Below, piece by piece: positions 1 to 15,091 of a DNA stretch of 64,000 nucleotides (positions are counted from its first letter, which is position 1; the number at the start of each line of letters is the position of its first letter). The notes below the pieces were generated by a model, which saw only the letters and a list, made by a program, of their open reading frames with translations, was not told where the DNA came from and did no database searches. A program made the translations under genes and the position numbers. The stretch is from Octopus bimaculoides (Eukaryota): contig NC_068982.1 of the NCBI RefSeq assembly GCF_001194135.2, positions 142,331,661 through 142,395,660 on the forward strand, in the 5' to 3' direction.

Positions 1-169
1 ATATATATATATATATATATACATATATAAATAACAGGCGCCGCACAGATGTATTAGTTGCAGCCGTATAGAAACGTATACGTGTTTAGACATGGAAATT
101 TGGTAATAATTTACGTTATTTTCCAAAAAATCTGACAAAATGCGCGCGGTGTTTGGTTACGTCATATTA

Positions 170-410
170 TGTTCTGACTTGAAATTCAACCGAGTAGAAA
201 CCAGCCTTTTATCCTTCCATTTCGTTGAAGTACTGGCGTCTATTATGAGCCAATAGAGAAGCCTCTACTAACACATTATTTGCTATACGATGTGGGTCTT
301 CTTTTATCTACTTAAAAGAATTCTATGATCATGATTCGTTCCATTTGATCGAGGATTTGTTCAATTAAGCTTGACCTGGGGCTAAACAACTGGCGTTGGT
401 TAAATTGATT
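170..410 (+). mobile_element. Highly degenerate SINE (family N body plus 'gacctggggctaaacaac' tail)
   Basis: Contains 'gaaattcaaccgag...cagccttttatccttcc' and ends 'ttgacctggggctaaacaac', a tail also seen near 53575 and 38885. Confidence 0.3.
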
Positions 411-1129
411 TGAATTATTCTGTTACATTTAGTGGCCAAATGCAAAGCGTGTGAAATCGTTCTTTTACACCGTATTCAGAAGTGGTAGATCCGTGGGCAC
501 AATTTGGAGTGGATGGTTACATTCCATATTAAGTTCACTTCACGACGGGCAGTGAGTAATGTTTAACTTACCAAGTAAATGAATAAAGTAATTCGGAGAA
601 GTATTTGGCTGGAGAAGTATTTGAGACCGTGTTCTAAAAGTAAAAACAATTACAGAGTTTAAGACATATTTGCAATTTAAAACACACTAAACGCACAAAG
701 ACTGTTTACTTCACTTAAACGTTTACTATATGGTATCAAAGTTGTTGCGGAATTATATCACCAGGTCGCAGTCAGTACGACGAAATATTGACATTAAATA
801 TTAAATGTTTAACTGAGGTTAACAGTTTTTGTATGTTTTTCAATGGTTCACTCGTGGATTTCACAATCTGATTGAATATAAAAATTGATCCAAGAATAAG
901 AGATATTTTATTAAACAAATGTTTCCTTGGTTACGTACGGATTATAATTCGCTAAAATATATATTGTCACGGATATGTCGTTTGAAACTGCATTTAATTT
1001 GTTTTAAATTCAATTCAATTGAGAAATATTGTGTCATGTTATATTTCAATATAAAATCTAAGAGATTGATTAAACAAAATATTGGTTTGAAGTTTTGGCA
1101 AAAGACCAGCAAATCTGAGAGAAGAAATA

Positions 1130-1265
1130 TATCGACCCCAGGCCACAACTGGTATGTATTTTATCGATTTGTAAGGATGAAAGGCAAAGTTGACCTCGGC
1201 AGCATTTGAACTTAGAACGAAAAGACAGACGAAATGCCGTTAAGCATTTTGCCCGGTGTCCTAAT
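1130..1265 (-). mobile_element. tRNA-derived SINE fragment (family N, conserved central domain)
   Basis: 'tatcgacccca...ggatgaaaggcaaagttgacctcggcagcatttgaacttagaacg' aligns by eye with 40205-40365 and 54925-55032; B-box-like GTTCAAAT on the minus strand. Confidence 0.7.
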
Positions 1266-3154
1266 TAAACAAAATAGTAAAGTAAAAATTCTGAATTTAA
1301 TTGTTTTTAAACAAACAACTTAGTTTCAAGAATCTACCAACGACAAATAGGATGTTGCGCTTGTAGAATGAAAGTAATGTTCGAACATTTGCACATCTGA
1401 ATGTCTCAATTTTCTTTATTCCTAGGTTTATTAAACTTTGAGGATATTAGATATCCTGGCTTTCTTGCTTTATTACTGACCCTTACATTCATTTAATAAT
1501 GAAATAACTGAATCTTTTTATATACATATTTACATATAAGTGTGTGTGTATGTGTGTTTGGACGCGTGTGTTTTTGTATGCATGTGGGACTCTTTGTGCG
1601 CGCGTGTGTGTGTGTGTATGTGTGTATGTGTGTATGTACGTATACATGAATAAAAGATTGTGTCCATGCTTGCATAAGCGTGTGTGTCAAGTTTCATACG
1701 GTTATTTATTTTCAATAAAACCTGTATTTTCATCTGTATAAATCAGTATATATTTTTAATAAAATCTGTATATTAGACATGTAATATTATGATATCGACA
1801 AAATAAGTACCGAAATAACTAGGAAAATACTTTGAATCATCGTGTGAATGCGATTCGTTTTTAGCATACATAAATACCCAACAGTTACGCGAATATATGA
1901 AGATGTGTGTATGTCTATGTATGCGTGTGTGTGCATTTGCATGAATGTCCGTACATAGCTGAGTATGTCTGTGTGTGTTTGTGTGTGTGCGTGTATGTGT
2001 GTGTGTTTGTTTATGCGACTGTGTAGTTTATCAATCACATTTGCGTTGTTGTTAGGTATTTGATAAATGCTTCAAACGAAGCCAACATTATGTTAAGCTC
2101 AATTGTATGAAAAAGATTTAAGTGTCTACGGTATAATGCCAGTTATAAGAATCATTATTGCATTCTTAAATGTAACCTCAATACAATTCTAATATTGAAT
2201 ATTGAGACACAATTGTGCTATATATATNNNNNNNNNNNNNNNNNNNNNNNNNNNNNNNNNNNNNNNNNNNNNNNNNNNNNNNNNNNNNNNNNNNNNNNNN
2301 NNNNNNNNNNNNNNNNNNNNNNNNNNNNNNNNNNNTATATATATACATACATATATATAATATACATATATATATGTGTGTGTATGTATATGTATGTATT
2401 TATGTATATATATATGATTTAAAAAATTGAAGTCAACAAGAAGGAGTACGGTTGGACATTTAATTCTTAACCAGTACAATTGTTTCCACGCAACTTAGTT
2501 CTCCAGGCGTGCAAGTACTTGATTATTCAACCGTTTTCCTGCATTATGAGATCTAGTTGATTTTCCTCAGGTGATATGTAAATAGTTTCTCCGTAAGTTC
2601 ACATTCTCGGTTACATGAACATCCTCTCTGAGGATATCAAAAGCACGCCATAAAATGTAAGATTCGGATGTAGCAATTGCCGCTTGATCTTTCAACTGAA
2701 TGAAATTGTTTATAACAGGAAACCGGTAAGTTAACATTATCTGTCAGGTCATGGAGGCTAAATATCTAATTTAAATAATTGACTGCAAGAGGTAAGCTCA
2801 ACAATCAAGCTTATTGACAATATTCTTGGAGAGCCGGGTAGTGAACACAAATTTTGGTATATAATTCGCCATTCTATTTGAACATCATATGACGAGTTTT
2901 CTACTAGTCCGTTTTAGTTACAAATGTTTTTGAATGATAACCAGCCACTGGATTGTGCCTTACCTCAAAGAAAGCAACTGATACAGTTTTGGAGATTTTC
3001 GAGAGTTGAAGTTAATTATTTAGGAATACGTTTACAAAATAGGTGTGCCACATTTACGTCAATACTATACTGCAGTTTGTATAATTATACGCCCAGATTA
3101 TGTGTATAGTAAACATCATTTTATCAGTATTTAGACACTCACCAGCATATTATG

Positions 3155-3300
3155 CGATGAGGGTGAATCGGCAACGCTCTTTATGTTCTGAATGAAAATC
3201 ACGCGAAGGTCAACTTTGCCTTTTATTGCTCTTTGGTCGATAAAATAAGCACAAGTTTAACATTGGGATTGATATAATCGATTTCCCTTTTCAAAATTGA
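3155..3300 (+). mobile_element. Degenerate SINE family N
   Basis: 'aaggtcaactttgccttttattgctctttggtcgataaaataagcac' is the reverse complement of the family N core seen at 1130 and 40205. Confidence 0.55.
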
Positions 3301-4176
3301 TAGCATTGTTCCAAAATTAGAAAGAATTATAATTGTTGTTGTTATTATTGTTGTTCACTCATCACTTCATTGCCGTTCTGGTGATGTTTCAGTGCATCAT
3401 ATCAAAATACATTCTGCAAACCTAAGATATCAGATAGTCCTTGTTAGGCGAAGCAAATAAGGTTTCTTTGCAATGAAAATATTCAACCTGATATTCCTGA
3501 CGTCATACGATTTCCAACATCATGTTATTTTCAGAAATTCACTAATCTATGATTGAAGCGTGAGTAATTTTTATTCTAAGATATGAAGCATGTTCTTGGG
3601 TTCCATTTCACCAGCTGATCTCCGTAAATTTTAGTAGTGAGTCTTTTAACATTTTTATGTATTTTTTGTAGTATTGTCAATATGATTCGGGGTACACATA
3701 ACATATTCTTTTCCTACGATACTGTCTATTTATATGGATATGATATCCTCATAGAATACAGTAGCTTTCAAATAATTACTGATGAAAGCAAAGAGGAAGG
3801 TCACTAGGAATGATTATGCAGTCTCGCAGAAAATAAACAACATGAGTCAGAAGATAATTATATTTTGATTCTTTAGACAAGTACAGAAGACAATTCGTAA
3901 CATGTTTTGGTTAATTATATCTCCTCTGCTTCACAAATTTAAACTATTCCACCTACCCTTCTAACTGGTTTTGAGATAATCACTATGTAGATGTGCATAT
4001 CGTATACTGGTATGCGTAGGAACCTAAAATATCTTTAGGAATAAATAACAGACGTGGTTTTGAAAAAAATGCAAAAATGTCGATTTTTATCGACCCGTGA
4101 AGATAAAATCACGATTCATGCGATCGTACTACAATCATGCTCACGCTTGACCTTGCACTAATGTAACACTACATTA

Positions 4177-4236
4177 ATCTTCTTCTTCTTCTTCTTCTTC
4201 TTCTTCTTTTTCTTCTTCTTCTTCTTCTTCTTCTTC

Positions 4237-4269
<33 letters not shown>

Positions 4270-4305
4270 GTCTCCTCCTTCTTCTCCTTCTTTTCCTTAG
4301 CATTA

Positions 4306-4387
<82 letters not shown>

Positions 4388-4400
4388 CCTTATTATTATA
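4177..4400. repeat. Compound (TTC)n/(ATT)n microsatellite
   Basis: Directly visible; it produces the poly-I/poly-R ORF 4169-4441. Confidence 0.95.
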
Positions 4401-4748
4401 AGAATGTTGATCAATATTTCAGCTGTTGTTTCTCTACACAATTTAATGATGTATTATTGTTAAGTCAGAGTTGTCTGATACCATAGAATCCTGGAGTAAA
4501 TAAATTTGTTTCATCATTCTGCTTTCTGATTTCACATTTGTCTAGAAGGAAGCAAACAAATAATTGCTAGATTTGTTAAATCATCTGTGTCTATTCCCTG
4601 CAAAAAACAACCACGACCAAAACATTAGAGTTATCCATGCGATATAATAAATATCATCATTATATGTACGTTTATTTAATGTTTTAGCTTATATTATTGA
4701 TGAATTTTATACTATTATATGGGTTATATGTAAGTTTGTATGAGTATG

Positions 4749-4795
<47 letters not shown>

Positions 4796-7700
4796 NNNNN
4801 NNNNNNNNNNNNNNNNNNNNNNNNNNNNNNNNNNNNNNNNNNNNNNNNNNNNNNNNNNNNNNNNNNNNNNNNNNNNNNNNNNNNNNNNNNNNNNNNNNNN
4901 NNNNNNNNNNNNNNNNNNNNNNNNNNNNNNNNNNNNNNNNNNNNNNNNNNNNNNNNNNNNNNNNNNNNNNNNNNNNNNNNNNNNNNNNNNNNNNNNNNNN
5001 NNNNNNNNNNNNNNNNNNNNNNNNNNNNNNNNNNNNNNNNNNNNNNNNNNNNNNNNNNNNNNNNNNNNNNNNNNNNNNNNNNNNNNNNNNNNNNNNNNNN
5101 NNNNNNNNNNNNNNNNNNNNNNNNNNNNNNNNNNNNNNNNNNNNNNNNNNNNNNNNNNNNNNNNNNNNNNNNNNNNNNNNNNNNNNNNNNNNNNNNNNNN
5201 NNNNNNNNNNNNNNNNNNNNNNNNNNNNNNNNNNNNNNNNNNNNNNNNNNNNNNNNNNNNNNNNNNNNNNNNNTGTGTATATTCCGTTTTGCTCTTCTTC
5301 CTATTTTAATATTTCTTAATACCTCAACTTTGGTTCTAAACTTGGATAATTATTCAATATACCTGATCGATAATGGATTTTCTCACGTGGTTATTGTCGA
5401 TACCTACATTCCGTTTTCTTTTTTATGATGAATCTTTGCACATAAAATATGATTTAATAATCACTATACTGTACTGGTACTTTAGATAATTCGAAGAAAT
5501 CTTACTAAATTTCACGAAATTGATTTACGTAATTAAAAAAAAATCCAAACCTTTCTTTCTTTTTCACGCAGTAGGTCATACGATGAGTTTCTGTGGAAAT
5601 GAATATCAGCTGCAAAACATTCTCTGCTCAAGCAAGCGTTGATCATTTGTCTATAGCTTTTACATATAGCATAATTGAGGTACATAGTATTAAGAGTCTT
5701 TAGGTAACGATATACGTAAAAGATTTTGATGGAAACAAACATCTTTAGGTGGGGAAACCAATGAAAATTAACACGTAACAGTATTTGTGGGCAAACCTAT
5801 TGTATCTCCTCTGCAAGCAGATGACTTCCACTGAAACCTATTTTCATCTTTCCCCTTACCTGTAATGAAGAACCATATTTCAACATATTTATTTGAATTA
5901 AATATGTCAGACTGCTTGTTTTTCCTCGATATTAACTACCCATTACTTTGAGTTACAATAAATTAGCGCTGTTTCCTGATATTTTAATTAAGTGAGAAAT
6001 TTTTTGAACATATTATTGATTATATCAATCCTCCGTGTAATTTAGGCTTTTGATAAACTTCAGTTATTTCCCCTAGTTCATTCTATTTGTTGCTATTAGA
6101 AATAGTTATTATTCTGTTACATTTTCGTCATAAATATTAACATTAGTTGCTTTGTTGTTACCGTTGATGTTGCTTATTATATTTTAGTTTTTCCATTATC
6201 AATAATATCTTCCACACTAGAAAGAAAGCCAGGTTTCGAATAAATAACTCCTTAGAATTTAACATTTCACGTCTATGGTTTAATAAAGTACTTTAATTTG
6301 TTTTGTTTCGTTTCTTCTCCTGCTTCATACTAATGAAAATGTTTATCTTAATTAGTTAACTGACACAATAATGTCTCGGTTTTCAATATCACAATATGCA
6401 TAACTGCACTAAATGTTGTAATGTGCACATTTGAGTAATCAACATTTTTGTTGGTTTCATTCAACTGGTGAACAACAATTGAATTCGATTTAACCCTTTG
6501 CCGAATATGTTGAATGAGAGAATGTTTTCTTCCGTGTTATCGTTTTGTATTTTTAATTTGATATGTTATATATTACAAAGAAATTTAATTAGAAATAGTT
6601 CGTAGTTTTTCTGTTTTTCCCCAGATTTGTTTTCATACAGCAATTCAGTTATATTTCATTAGCTAGTATTTGTTTTATATATTTCAATATACTTTTTTCT
6701 GATTCGTTTTTTCGCATCAAAATATGCGATTACATAGAAAGAATGGTTAATTCTTCTACAGTTATCCAACACATTCGATTAAGGAAAGAAAGTATGATGA
6801 TGAAACCTTTGATCATCGAGCTAATTTGTAATTATATTTCTCCCTGAAAAGAAAATAACGTCAATCGAATTTTATAAATATTACAGTCAATTTATGGACT
6901 ATTTATGAAAAACTCTTTTAGAAATTATTACTTCAAAACTTTCTCTTAAGCAATGGCGTTCACTAGTGTACAGCTGTCAATTCAATTCCATGAACTGCCT
7001 CGTATGTTGTCTCAGAGTAGATTTCATGTGAATCACACATTAACAATCTAATTTGATGAAAGTTTGCTCGCTAAGATTCACTGACTAATTAAACTGTACA
7101 AGGAAAAGCAGAAGGAAACAGAATTTATAAATGAGAATGATGTTTACTTAAAAACAGCTTCCGACTTACTATACGCATGGAGGTAGATGCAATAGCAGTA
7201 CCGCTTTCATATCCTTTAGTTACTTGGTTTTTAAATTGCAGATTTATCTGATATTGAAAATCGGTTCGGAAGATCTAAAAATATATCTAATACTAGTAAC
7301 ACATGCACACACGCACTGACATACACACTCACAGATACACACACAACAGCATGCACACACTCGTGTGTGTGTGTGTGTGCTTGCGCGCGCACCTGGCATT
7401 ACAGAACATAGTTTGGGGATAAAAAAATACCTTACGCTATTCGCTATATGTAATGGGATTTGGTTGTTATACCATCTTAACAGATAATCGATTTTCATGA
7501 ATCATTTTCCGAAACAAAATAATTATTTTGGCTGTATAATTATATATAAATGACAGAGGAGATTGGTGAAGTGACACTGAATTGAGATTTCATAGAATAT
7601 TTGTATACTGAACAACCGTCTTATATAATAGTAGATTGATATGACTATTGATGGGTAAGATTTCATGGGAGTGAAATATATTACTTAAAGATTTATTAAT

Positions 7701-9238
7701 TCATGTCTCATATATATTATAAGTACATGGTCATATTAAGAATGGTAGATTGTCTTGCTTTTTGTTTCTGAAGTGTTGCCAAACAGGCGTGTTTTGCCGA
7801 ATAAAGGAATATAGGTTGTATGTATAGATGTACCTGCGTGTGTGTGTGTGTGTGCGTGTATGTGTGTGTGTATGTGTGTGTGTGTATGTGTGTGTGTGTG
7901 TGTGTGTGGGTGTATTCGTGTGTGTGTGTTCGTTGTCATGAGTCGCAATAGAACCTCGTAAACCATAACCAGTTCGAAACGGTAAAGTTTTAAAAAATGT
8001 CCCGTGAATTTTAACAATGGTTCCTTACATTCGAAATCAACGATGCCTTCCGTCATTTCCAAGCGGCTAAAATAACTGAAAAGGTCATTTAAAATTCAAT
8101 CAACTATACCTTACCTCAATTACTGAGAACGTGTGCGCATCATTTACTTATGTATACAGAATTGTTATATTTTTACGATGCCAAAACACAGAGAAGCTTT
8201 GCCTTTAGCCATTGGACACTGCCAGCGGAATTCGAGACTTGCAAGTGTTAACGATTAGCGAAACAACTTGCTTCGTAATTATACACTGTCCATTAATATT
8301 AACAACATTTTGGAATGGAGCCATGAATGGAAATGGTTTCCATCAGGACATGAGACAAAATTTCAACCATAACAAAATGTTTACTTTAATATGGTTTTGT
8401 TGTAAATAGGTTTTGATAAGATATAAAAGAGAATGAATCCCTTCGAAATTCTACCACAGAGCATGGCAATCATTGTTCAAGTGTTCAGTGAACGAATCCA
8501 CGAATTAACTGGAAAAACTAAATAAAAGGGAGCTGTTTAATGTATCAAAGGGCGTATATAGGTGTATAGCCCCCATAATGGTAATGTATGCTACCATCCT
8601 GCGTGAATCAACTCTTCATACTCGAAGAGTTTCACAAGAAGAAGCTTTCATAAACCATAATATACACCGATCGAACGTTTTCAGGTTGTAGCTTTCCGTA
8701 GTGGAGCGATGAACACTGTAAATCAACAGGTATGCTGATAGTGTAACTAAACGCTTTTTTTTCTAAAGCAACATAATTTGCGTAACGCTGCAAACGTGTA
8801 GCTTTATAAAATTTCATAAAATTGTGTTAATTCAGATGGAGAATATATATGTTTATTATGAATTCATTAATTAAGCTGATTCCTACAACATCTTAATTCT
8901 TACAAACTAAATAAATAAAATGAATTTGAGTTACACACACACGTACTTATGCGCTTATTTTCCAGGCAACCAATGAAACTGGTAGGCGTGGATTCACTTC
9001 GTTTGGCGGTACGAAAGGTTTAAATAAGCATTCAAATCTCTCATTTACCTGCCGGAATTGACTGCAAATAATACCACTATTCTGTCAATAAAAACTGCAA
9101 TAAGATAAATGCAAACACAACTTCCCTTCTACATAAGGGCTTTAAAATAAAATCATGTGTTTTTGTATCGATTACCTTTAAATGGAAATATTACAGGACA
9201 TTCCAAGAGTTTAACCTTATACATATAAACTTATATAC

Positions 9239-9291
<53 letters not shown>

Positions 9292-9399
9292 GGCATTTAT
9301 ATATAGGCATTTATATATACATACACACACAGATATATACATATGTTCCCACACATGCACACATATGCATACATATATGTATATACATATATATATATA

Positions 9400-9550
9400 C
9401 AATTGCAGCGTGGAAGGTGTTTATAAGCCATTTAAAATAACACACAAAATCCGTTACATTCACTTCAACATTTAAATTTAATTTGTCAAAATATTTTCGT
9501 CGCTTTGAGACCGCTACCTGTTCACTGACAAAATTCTGTGCTGCATCTGA
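9400..9550 (-). mobile_element. Interspersed repeat fragment, probably Penelope-like element terminus
   Basis: Non-microsatellite island between TA/TG arrays that carries a minimal hammerhead motif; minimal hammerheads are characteristic of PLE terminal repeats. Confidence 0.45.
9482..9532 (-). ncRNA. Putative minimal type I hammerhead ribozyme, G3-C8 core variant
   Basis: Minus strand: UUUGUCA GUGAACA G GUAGC GGUCUCAAA GCGAC GAA AAUAUU U UGACAAA. 7-bp stem I, stem II with 4 of 5 pairs, GAA, palindromic 6-nt stem III, H17=U. Confidence 0.55.
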
Positions 9551-9808
9551 GAAAGTAATAGTTAGTTCATGATATATATGTACATGTGTATGTATGTATG
9601 TATGTAAGTATGTATGTATGTGCGTGTACATGTGTGCGTGTATGCATCTGTGTACATGCGTATGCATGTGTGCATGCCTATACACATGTATGTATATATG
9701 TATATGTATGTGAGTATGCACGTATGTACTTATGGATGTACGTGAGTAATAGGGCAAGTGTGTAGACGTGTTTGTGTGTGTGTGTGTGTGCATATGTATG
9801 TGCATATG

Positions 9809-9890
<82 letters not shown>

Positions 9891-10275
9891 CAAAAATACA
9901 TAATTATGTACATACATATATACATGCATACATGCATACACGAAAACATTTCTGTAATACGTAAAAAATATTTCTTTCAAAATTGTATTTCAAAAGCGTA
10001 CATTAAAATGAGACATCCACATTGTATTCATGTTGAATATAAGCTATAGAGTTTATTGCATATTATCTATAAATTATAAATGTTTTCTTAAATTTACTTT
10101 GGTGCATTTGAAAGTATAGATTCTATGAAAAAAAGCTTGAATTTATGTGCCATTTTTTTATAAGAGTATCTAGTAAATAAAATCTATGATCATAAATTTA
10201 AAAAGATACATACGTACAAGCATATCGTATCTTTGTATATATATACCTGTGTGTGTATGTGTGTATGCCTGTGTG

Positions 10276-10324
<49 letters not shown>

Positions 10325-11041
10325 GTGTGTGTACTTAAATTCACCCAGTATTATTTCTGTTCGTGAGTCAGTGTTTGTGAATGTGCCTGTGTGTGAGCAT
10401 GTATGCAGGTTTTTCTGCAGAAGGTGAAACACAAATAAGCAGCGTATCTTCATAAGGGGAAGCATCTCGACTTTTTTGAAAGTTTCGCTTTATCATACCA
10501 AAAGAAGATAAATTTCAAAAGTTTACCAAGATAACATTTATAGTTAGTTCTACATTTCGTTGTCATGTATTCCTATTTTTTCGATGCGAATATTTACTGA
10601 TATTAGAGTTTATCCTCCCCAAATAAACGAATATCTCATCTCAGATTAGTGCCTATGCTATCTATAAAATCCATTTGATCAGTGTTTTTATACGAATACG
10701 TGCATAGATAAATACAAACATATATATTTACGTACGCACATCGTCCGCACATATGCATGCATTCGATACATATCCATACCTGCATATTATATTCTGTGAA
10801 GAACAGTTTATATAGTAGCTTCTGTCTAAGTTATTTTGAACATGTTCACAAATATTTGCCATCCTTCTTACGCCATGTCATCAAAAGCTTTACAACGACG
10901 GAAACAATGTTTCTTTGTTTACGGTGATGTTGATACCTGTTATACCATAGATTGATAATTCGTTGTTACCCTTCTTCGGGATTCAAATTCTGTTAAGGGT
11001 TTTACTCGTTTACAAATTCATAGAAAACGGAAATTTTGTTG

Positions 11042-11102
<61 letters not shown>

Positions 11103-11329
11103 ACACACACATACACGGACATAAACACACTTATATGTAAATGAACGGTAAAAGAAAAAGGAGACATACAGTCATTTTCATTACATGAATTCTGTTGTGT
11201 AGTCATTTATCAATTGATATTATTATGCTCAGTGATCACCAGAAGCTGAAACATAAAGAGTTTTAACAAATGGTTGTTCGTATACCTGCACCTACACGAA
11301 TTCATTATATGTAAATATCATTTTATTTT

Positions 11330-11415
11330 ATTTCACTTGTTTCAGTCATTTCACTGCGGCCGTGCTGGTACTGGTGCACCACCCGCCTTCAAGAGTGCTC
11401 GTCGAACAAATTGGT
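11330..11415 (-). mobile_element. SINE family T, 3' tail fragment
   Basis: 'tttcagtcatttcactgcggcc' is identical to 30592-30612, followed by 'gccttcaagag...gtcgaacaaa'. Confidence 0.65.
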
Positions 11416-12224
11416 TGGGTTCACAACCTCTAACTTTCCTGGAATTATATATATATATATTTATTTAGATTCTGTATAATATCTAAGTTTTGAAACATTT
11501 TTCACATTTGAAAATTTGACCTTGAGAAGTGTCATGATATTTACAAACTCTATAGTGAATTAAACAAATATGAAATTAATTCTATGTGCTGATGTAAGAC
11601 GCAACACTCTTGGCATGGTTCATATTATAAACAGACTACTTGTATGAATATTTAGGTCGATATGCAGACGTAATCAACTTAAACAAATGCCACTAAGTAT
11701 AACTGTTTTGTTTCGTCGCATAGACCTTGACATGAATTCTACAGGACAACCATAATTACGTCCGTATAGGTGTGATGTATTCATTTCATTATGAGTGACG
11801 TGTTTCTGCTCTGTTTATGCTTACGCTTTCAAAGTGTATTTATATTTTCGTTCTACATTAAAAAGTTAAATCATCGTATGTAAATATGAGCAAATATGAA
11901 TAAGAAGGCTTCGTAGCTATACGGGAATTCACATAGACATTATATGTGTAATAACGTATATGAAAATGGCCTGGGTCTATATACTGGCCGAAACCTATGA
12001 AAGTTATCAAAGTTATTTGAACATATCTATATATGTGTATGAATATAACTTCACAGAAACATACGTACTATTTTGTACATGAGTTTGTATCCATATATGG
12101 TTCGCTGTATCTCCATACACTGAAAATACAAACACTTATAAATGCATGTATGTTTGTGTGTATGCATGATGGTACAATTATTGATATATATACACACACA
12201 CATGCATATACGTATATCTATATA

Positions 12225-12295
<71 letters not shown>

Positions 12296-12390
12296 TTATA
12301 TGTATCTGAATGCACATAAGCACGTGCATGTATGTATATGTATGTGCATGTATGCATGATATATACATGTATATATTCGTATATATAGAT

Positions 12391-12431
<41 letters not shown>

Positions 12432-12699
12432 TATAATTGTAAATGTTACTTGAATTTCGATCATCAAGGTAGAACCACATAATGGAGGGAAACACTCTGA
12501 ATGTGTGTTCCATGATAGTAAAAATATTACCTTTGTTCATCGACATCACGTGTTCAGTAGAAATGCTACCTGATTATCAAGTTGTTTTGGATAGTGGGAA
12601 ACATTAGACGCAAAATGTTTGAAGCCTCAGTAAATATAAGCTCTACATTGGGTATTGAGCACCTATTTCATGTGAATATATATACAAACATATATATGG

Positions 12700-12765
<66 letters not shown>

Positions 12766-13085
12766 GTATAAATTAATATACACAGTATAAATATGCGAGC
12801 TCGTAATAGTTTCTGGCATTAGGTACGATGGCCAAGGCAGGTTTCATAATACGCCTTTTATTTCCAAGCAATGTTCAAGCTCAGACCACCTATCTATTCA
12901 AAGTACAGGACACTGGTACAAGTGAAATAACGAGAATAAGACAGGAAGTTGGTTGACAAAAGTGTATGGTAGAATGAAAAATAAAAACGGAATGTATAAA
13001 TATATAAATGTGTGTCTGACTGTCTGTGTGAATGTGTATGTATGTATGTATGTATATTTGTATGTATGTGTGTATGTATGTATAA

Positions 13086-13096
13086 GATAGATAGAC

Positions 13097-13167
<71 letters not shown>

Positions 13168-13170
13168 CAG
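13086..13170. repeat. (GATA)n microsatellite
   Basis: Directly visible. Confidence 0.95.
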
Positions 13171-13989
13171 ATAGTTATGGGTATACACCCTACATAATAA
13201 TAACAGCGGTGCAATTCCAGGTTGTTTTGTATATGAAACAGCTTTTTCAATATTCTCACCAATAAAGATAGGGTTGGGTTGTATGATATAGCAGAGGACA
13301 ATGAAAGCACGACACTTTCTCATAATTTACAATAAGGGGAAATTGTTGCTAATTATGTTAGGTTGGTTAAGTTTGTGGCTTATATTTTACTTTGATAGAC
13401 TGTGACTTATAATTTCTAAATAACACATTACGGTACTCGCCACATTAATTCGCTTATTTTCTCACGCATGTTATAACATTAATTGGCACGTTCCCGTTTC
13501 TCTGTCTTTCTCTGTGCCCCCACTCATTTGTTCCATTATTTTTTCTTGTTATTTGACAGTTACACGTTTCCTTCTTTGTTATATCCTTTCTCTTTTCTTT
13601 CTTCTATTCTTTCTTTCTTTATGTTCTTGTCTTTCTTTCTATTACTTCTTCGTCACTTTGATTATTTGGTGATCACTGGCGGGTTTTATTTTCCCACTGC
13701 TCATCTCTTTGATGTTTGTCTCTGTGCGTGCTCTAATGTTTATCGACTGAACACGAAAGATGAGTTTGGTTAATATTATTGAATCATGACTTGACAATTG
13801 TTTAGTTAATTGAAATAATTGCTGGCCTGTTGGACCTTCATGTCTTTGATGGTACGCAATAAGAGGAGATTCTTTGACATTTTACATAGATTATGGCTAC
13901 TAATTGCTTAATGATTTGTAGCCTGTGTCTTTCACTCAATGGTCTTTTTTATCAACTTTGATTACATACGTATTCGGTTATTATTATTT

Positions 13990-14420
13990 TACAGAAGATC
14001 AGACATCACGATTTATATCACAGTTGAATGTGTTGCCACCATTTTTATTGCACTATTTGTTAGTGTTGTTTATTGATATCAGCAGGCGCCATAATGCTGG
14101 ATCTAACTTCGCAATAAATCAAATATGCCAGCAGATTTCAATAGAGATAGGAGTGCAAGTCGACTATCTCGCATTCATGATTTTCTCATGTAGTTATGAA
14201 AGCAGATTCGGAGAGATTTGCGATTTGCAATAAACTGTTATTTCCTGATAAACTATCGGCAAATTGAGTTTTACAAACAACGCGTTGCGCAGATAACATT
14301 GCATGCTGTAGCAGTTGCTACGTTGCTATAATTTTATCCTGATGCCCTTATTCTTTTTAACATGAGAGATGATGAAACATATATAGGACAAAGTTTATTC
14401 GTGGCCATGCCAGCGAATCA
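13990..14420 (+). pseudogene. Possible decayed RTE-type reverse transcriptase relic
   Basis: 'ISIEIGVQVDYLAFMIF' resembles GVLQGDTLAPxLF, and 'CADNIA' (~14288) resembles the FADDIAL motif at roughly the expected distance; heavily degenerate. Confidence 0.25.
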
Positions 14421-15091
14421 TTCTTCTTTTACCGAGCTGAGAGAAGTAATATTGGATTTCTCTACGATCGAACTGTATTTTGGATGAAGGAGTGCATTGC
14501 ATAACGTAGTTTGAGATACCCTATCCCAGCTAAATTCTAAAGCAATGAAAAGGAGAGGAATTTAATATTTCAGGGAATGCGTGGCCTCATAATTTAACAG
14601 TTCTAACACATTACATTCCTTATATTTCAATAACATTTAACCATATCGAAACGCAAGAAATCAATGTTGGTTATTGGTCTATGAAAAGCTGTACCACATA
14701 TTGCAATATACGCATATATATTTAGACGCACACATATTTACATAATATTTAAAGATGAAGTCTCTCAAACTCTCAGTTCTTACATCTAAAAACACGCACA
14801 CACAAACACCCCCACACACACACACACACGCATATAAAAAAGAGCCGTTTTCTAACCTAGATACAAGGCTCCTTCATTGGAATCTCAGAATCATCAACGG
14901 GGTATTTATGTGTGTGTGTATGTATGTATGTATGTATGTATATATGTATGTATGTATATACGTTCGTACGTATGTATGCATCTATATATGCATGTATATG
15001 AGCAGATTTGTATGTTTTGTTGTATGTATGTCTTCTCGTAAGATATGCATATACTTGCATATCTAGATATGCTCATATATACTTAAATGAT

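Noticed and set aside
5545-5680. Strong NAGNAG acceptor (cag/tag) as an exon start
   Set aside because: All three frames stop before any canonical GT donor.
9311-9980. Long H/T/Y/I/C/V-rich ORFs here and throughout the window
   Set aside because: Translations of (CA)n, (TA)n and (TACA)n microsatellites.
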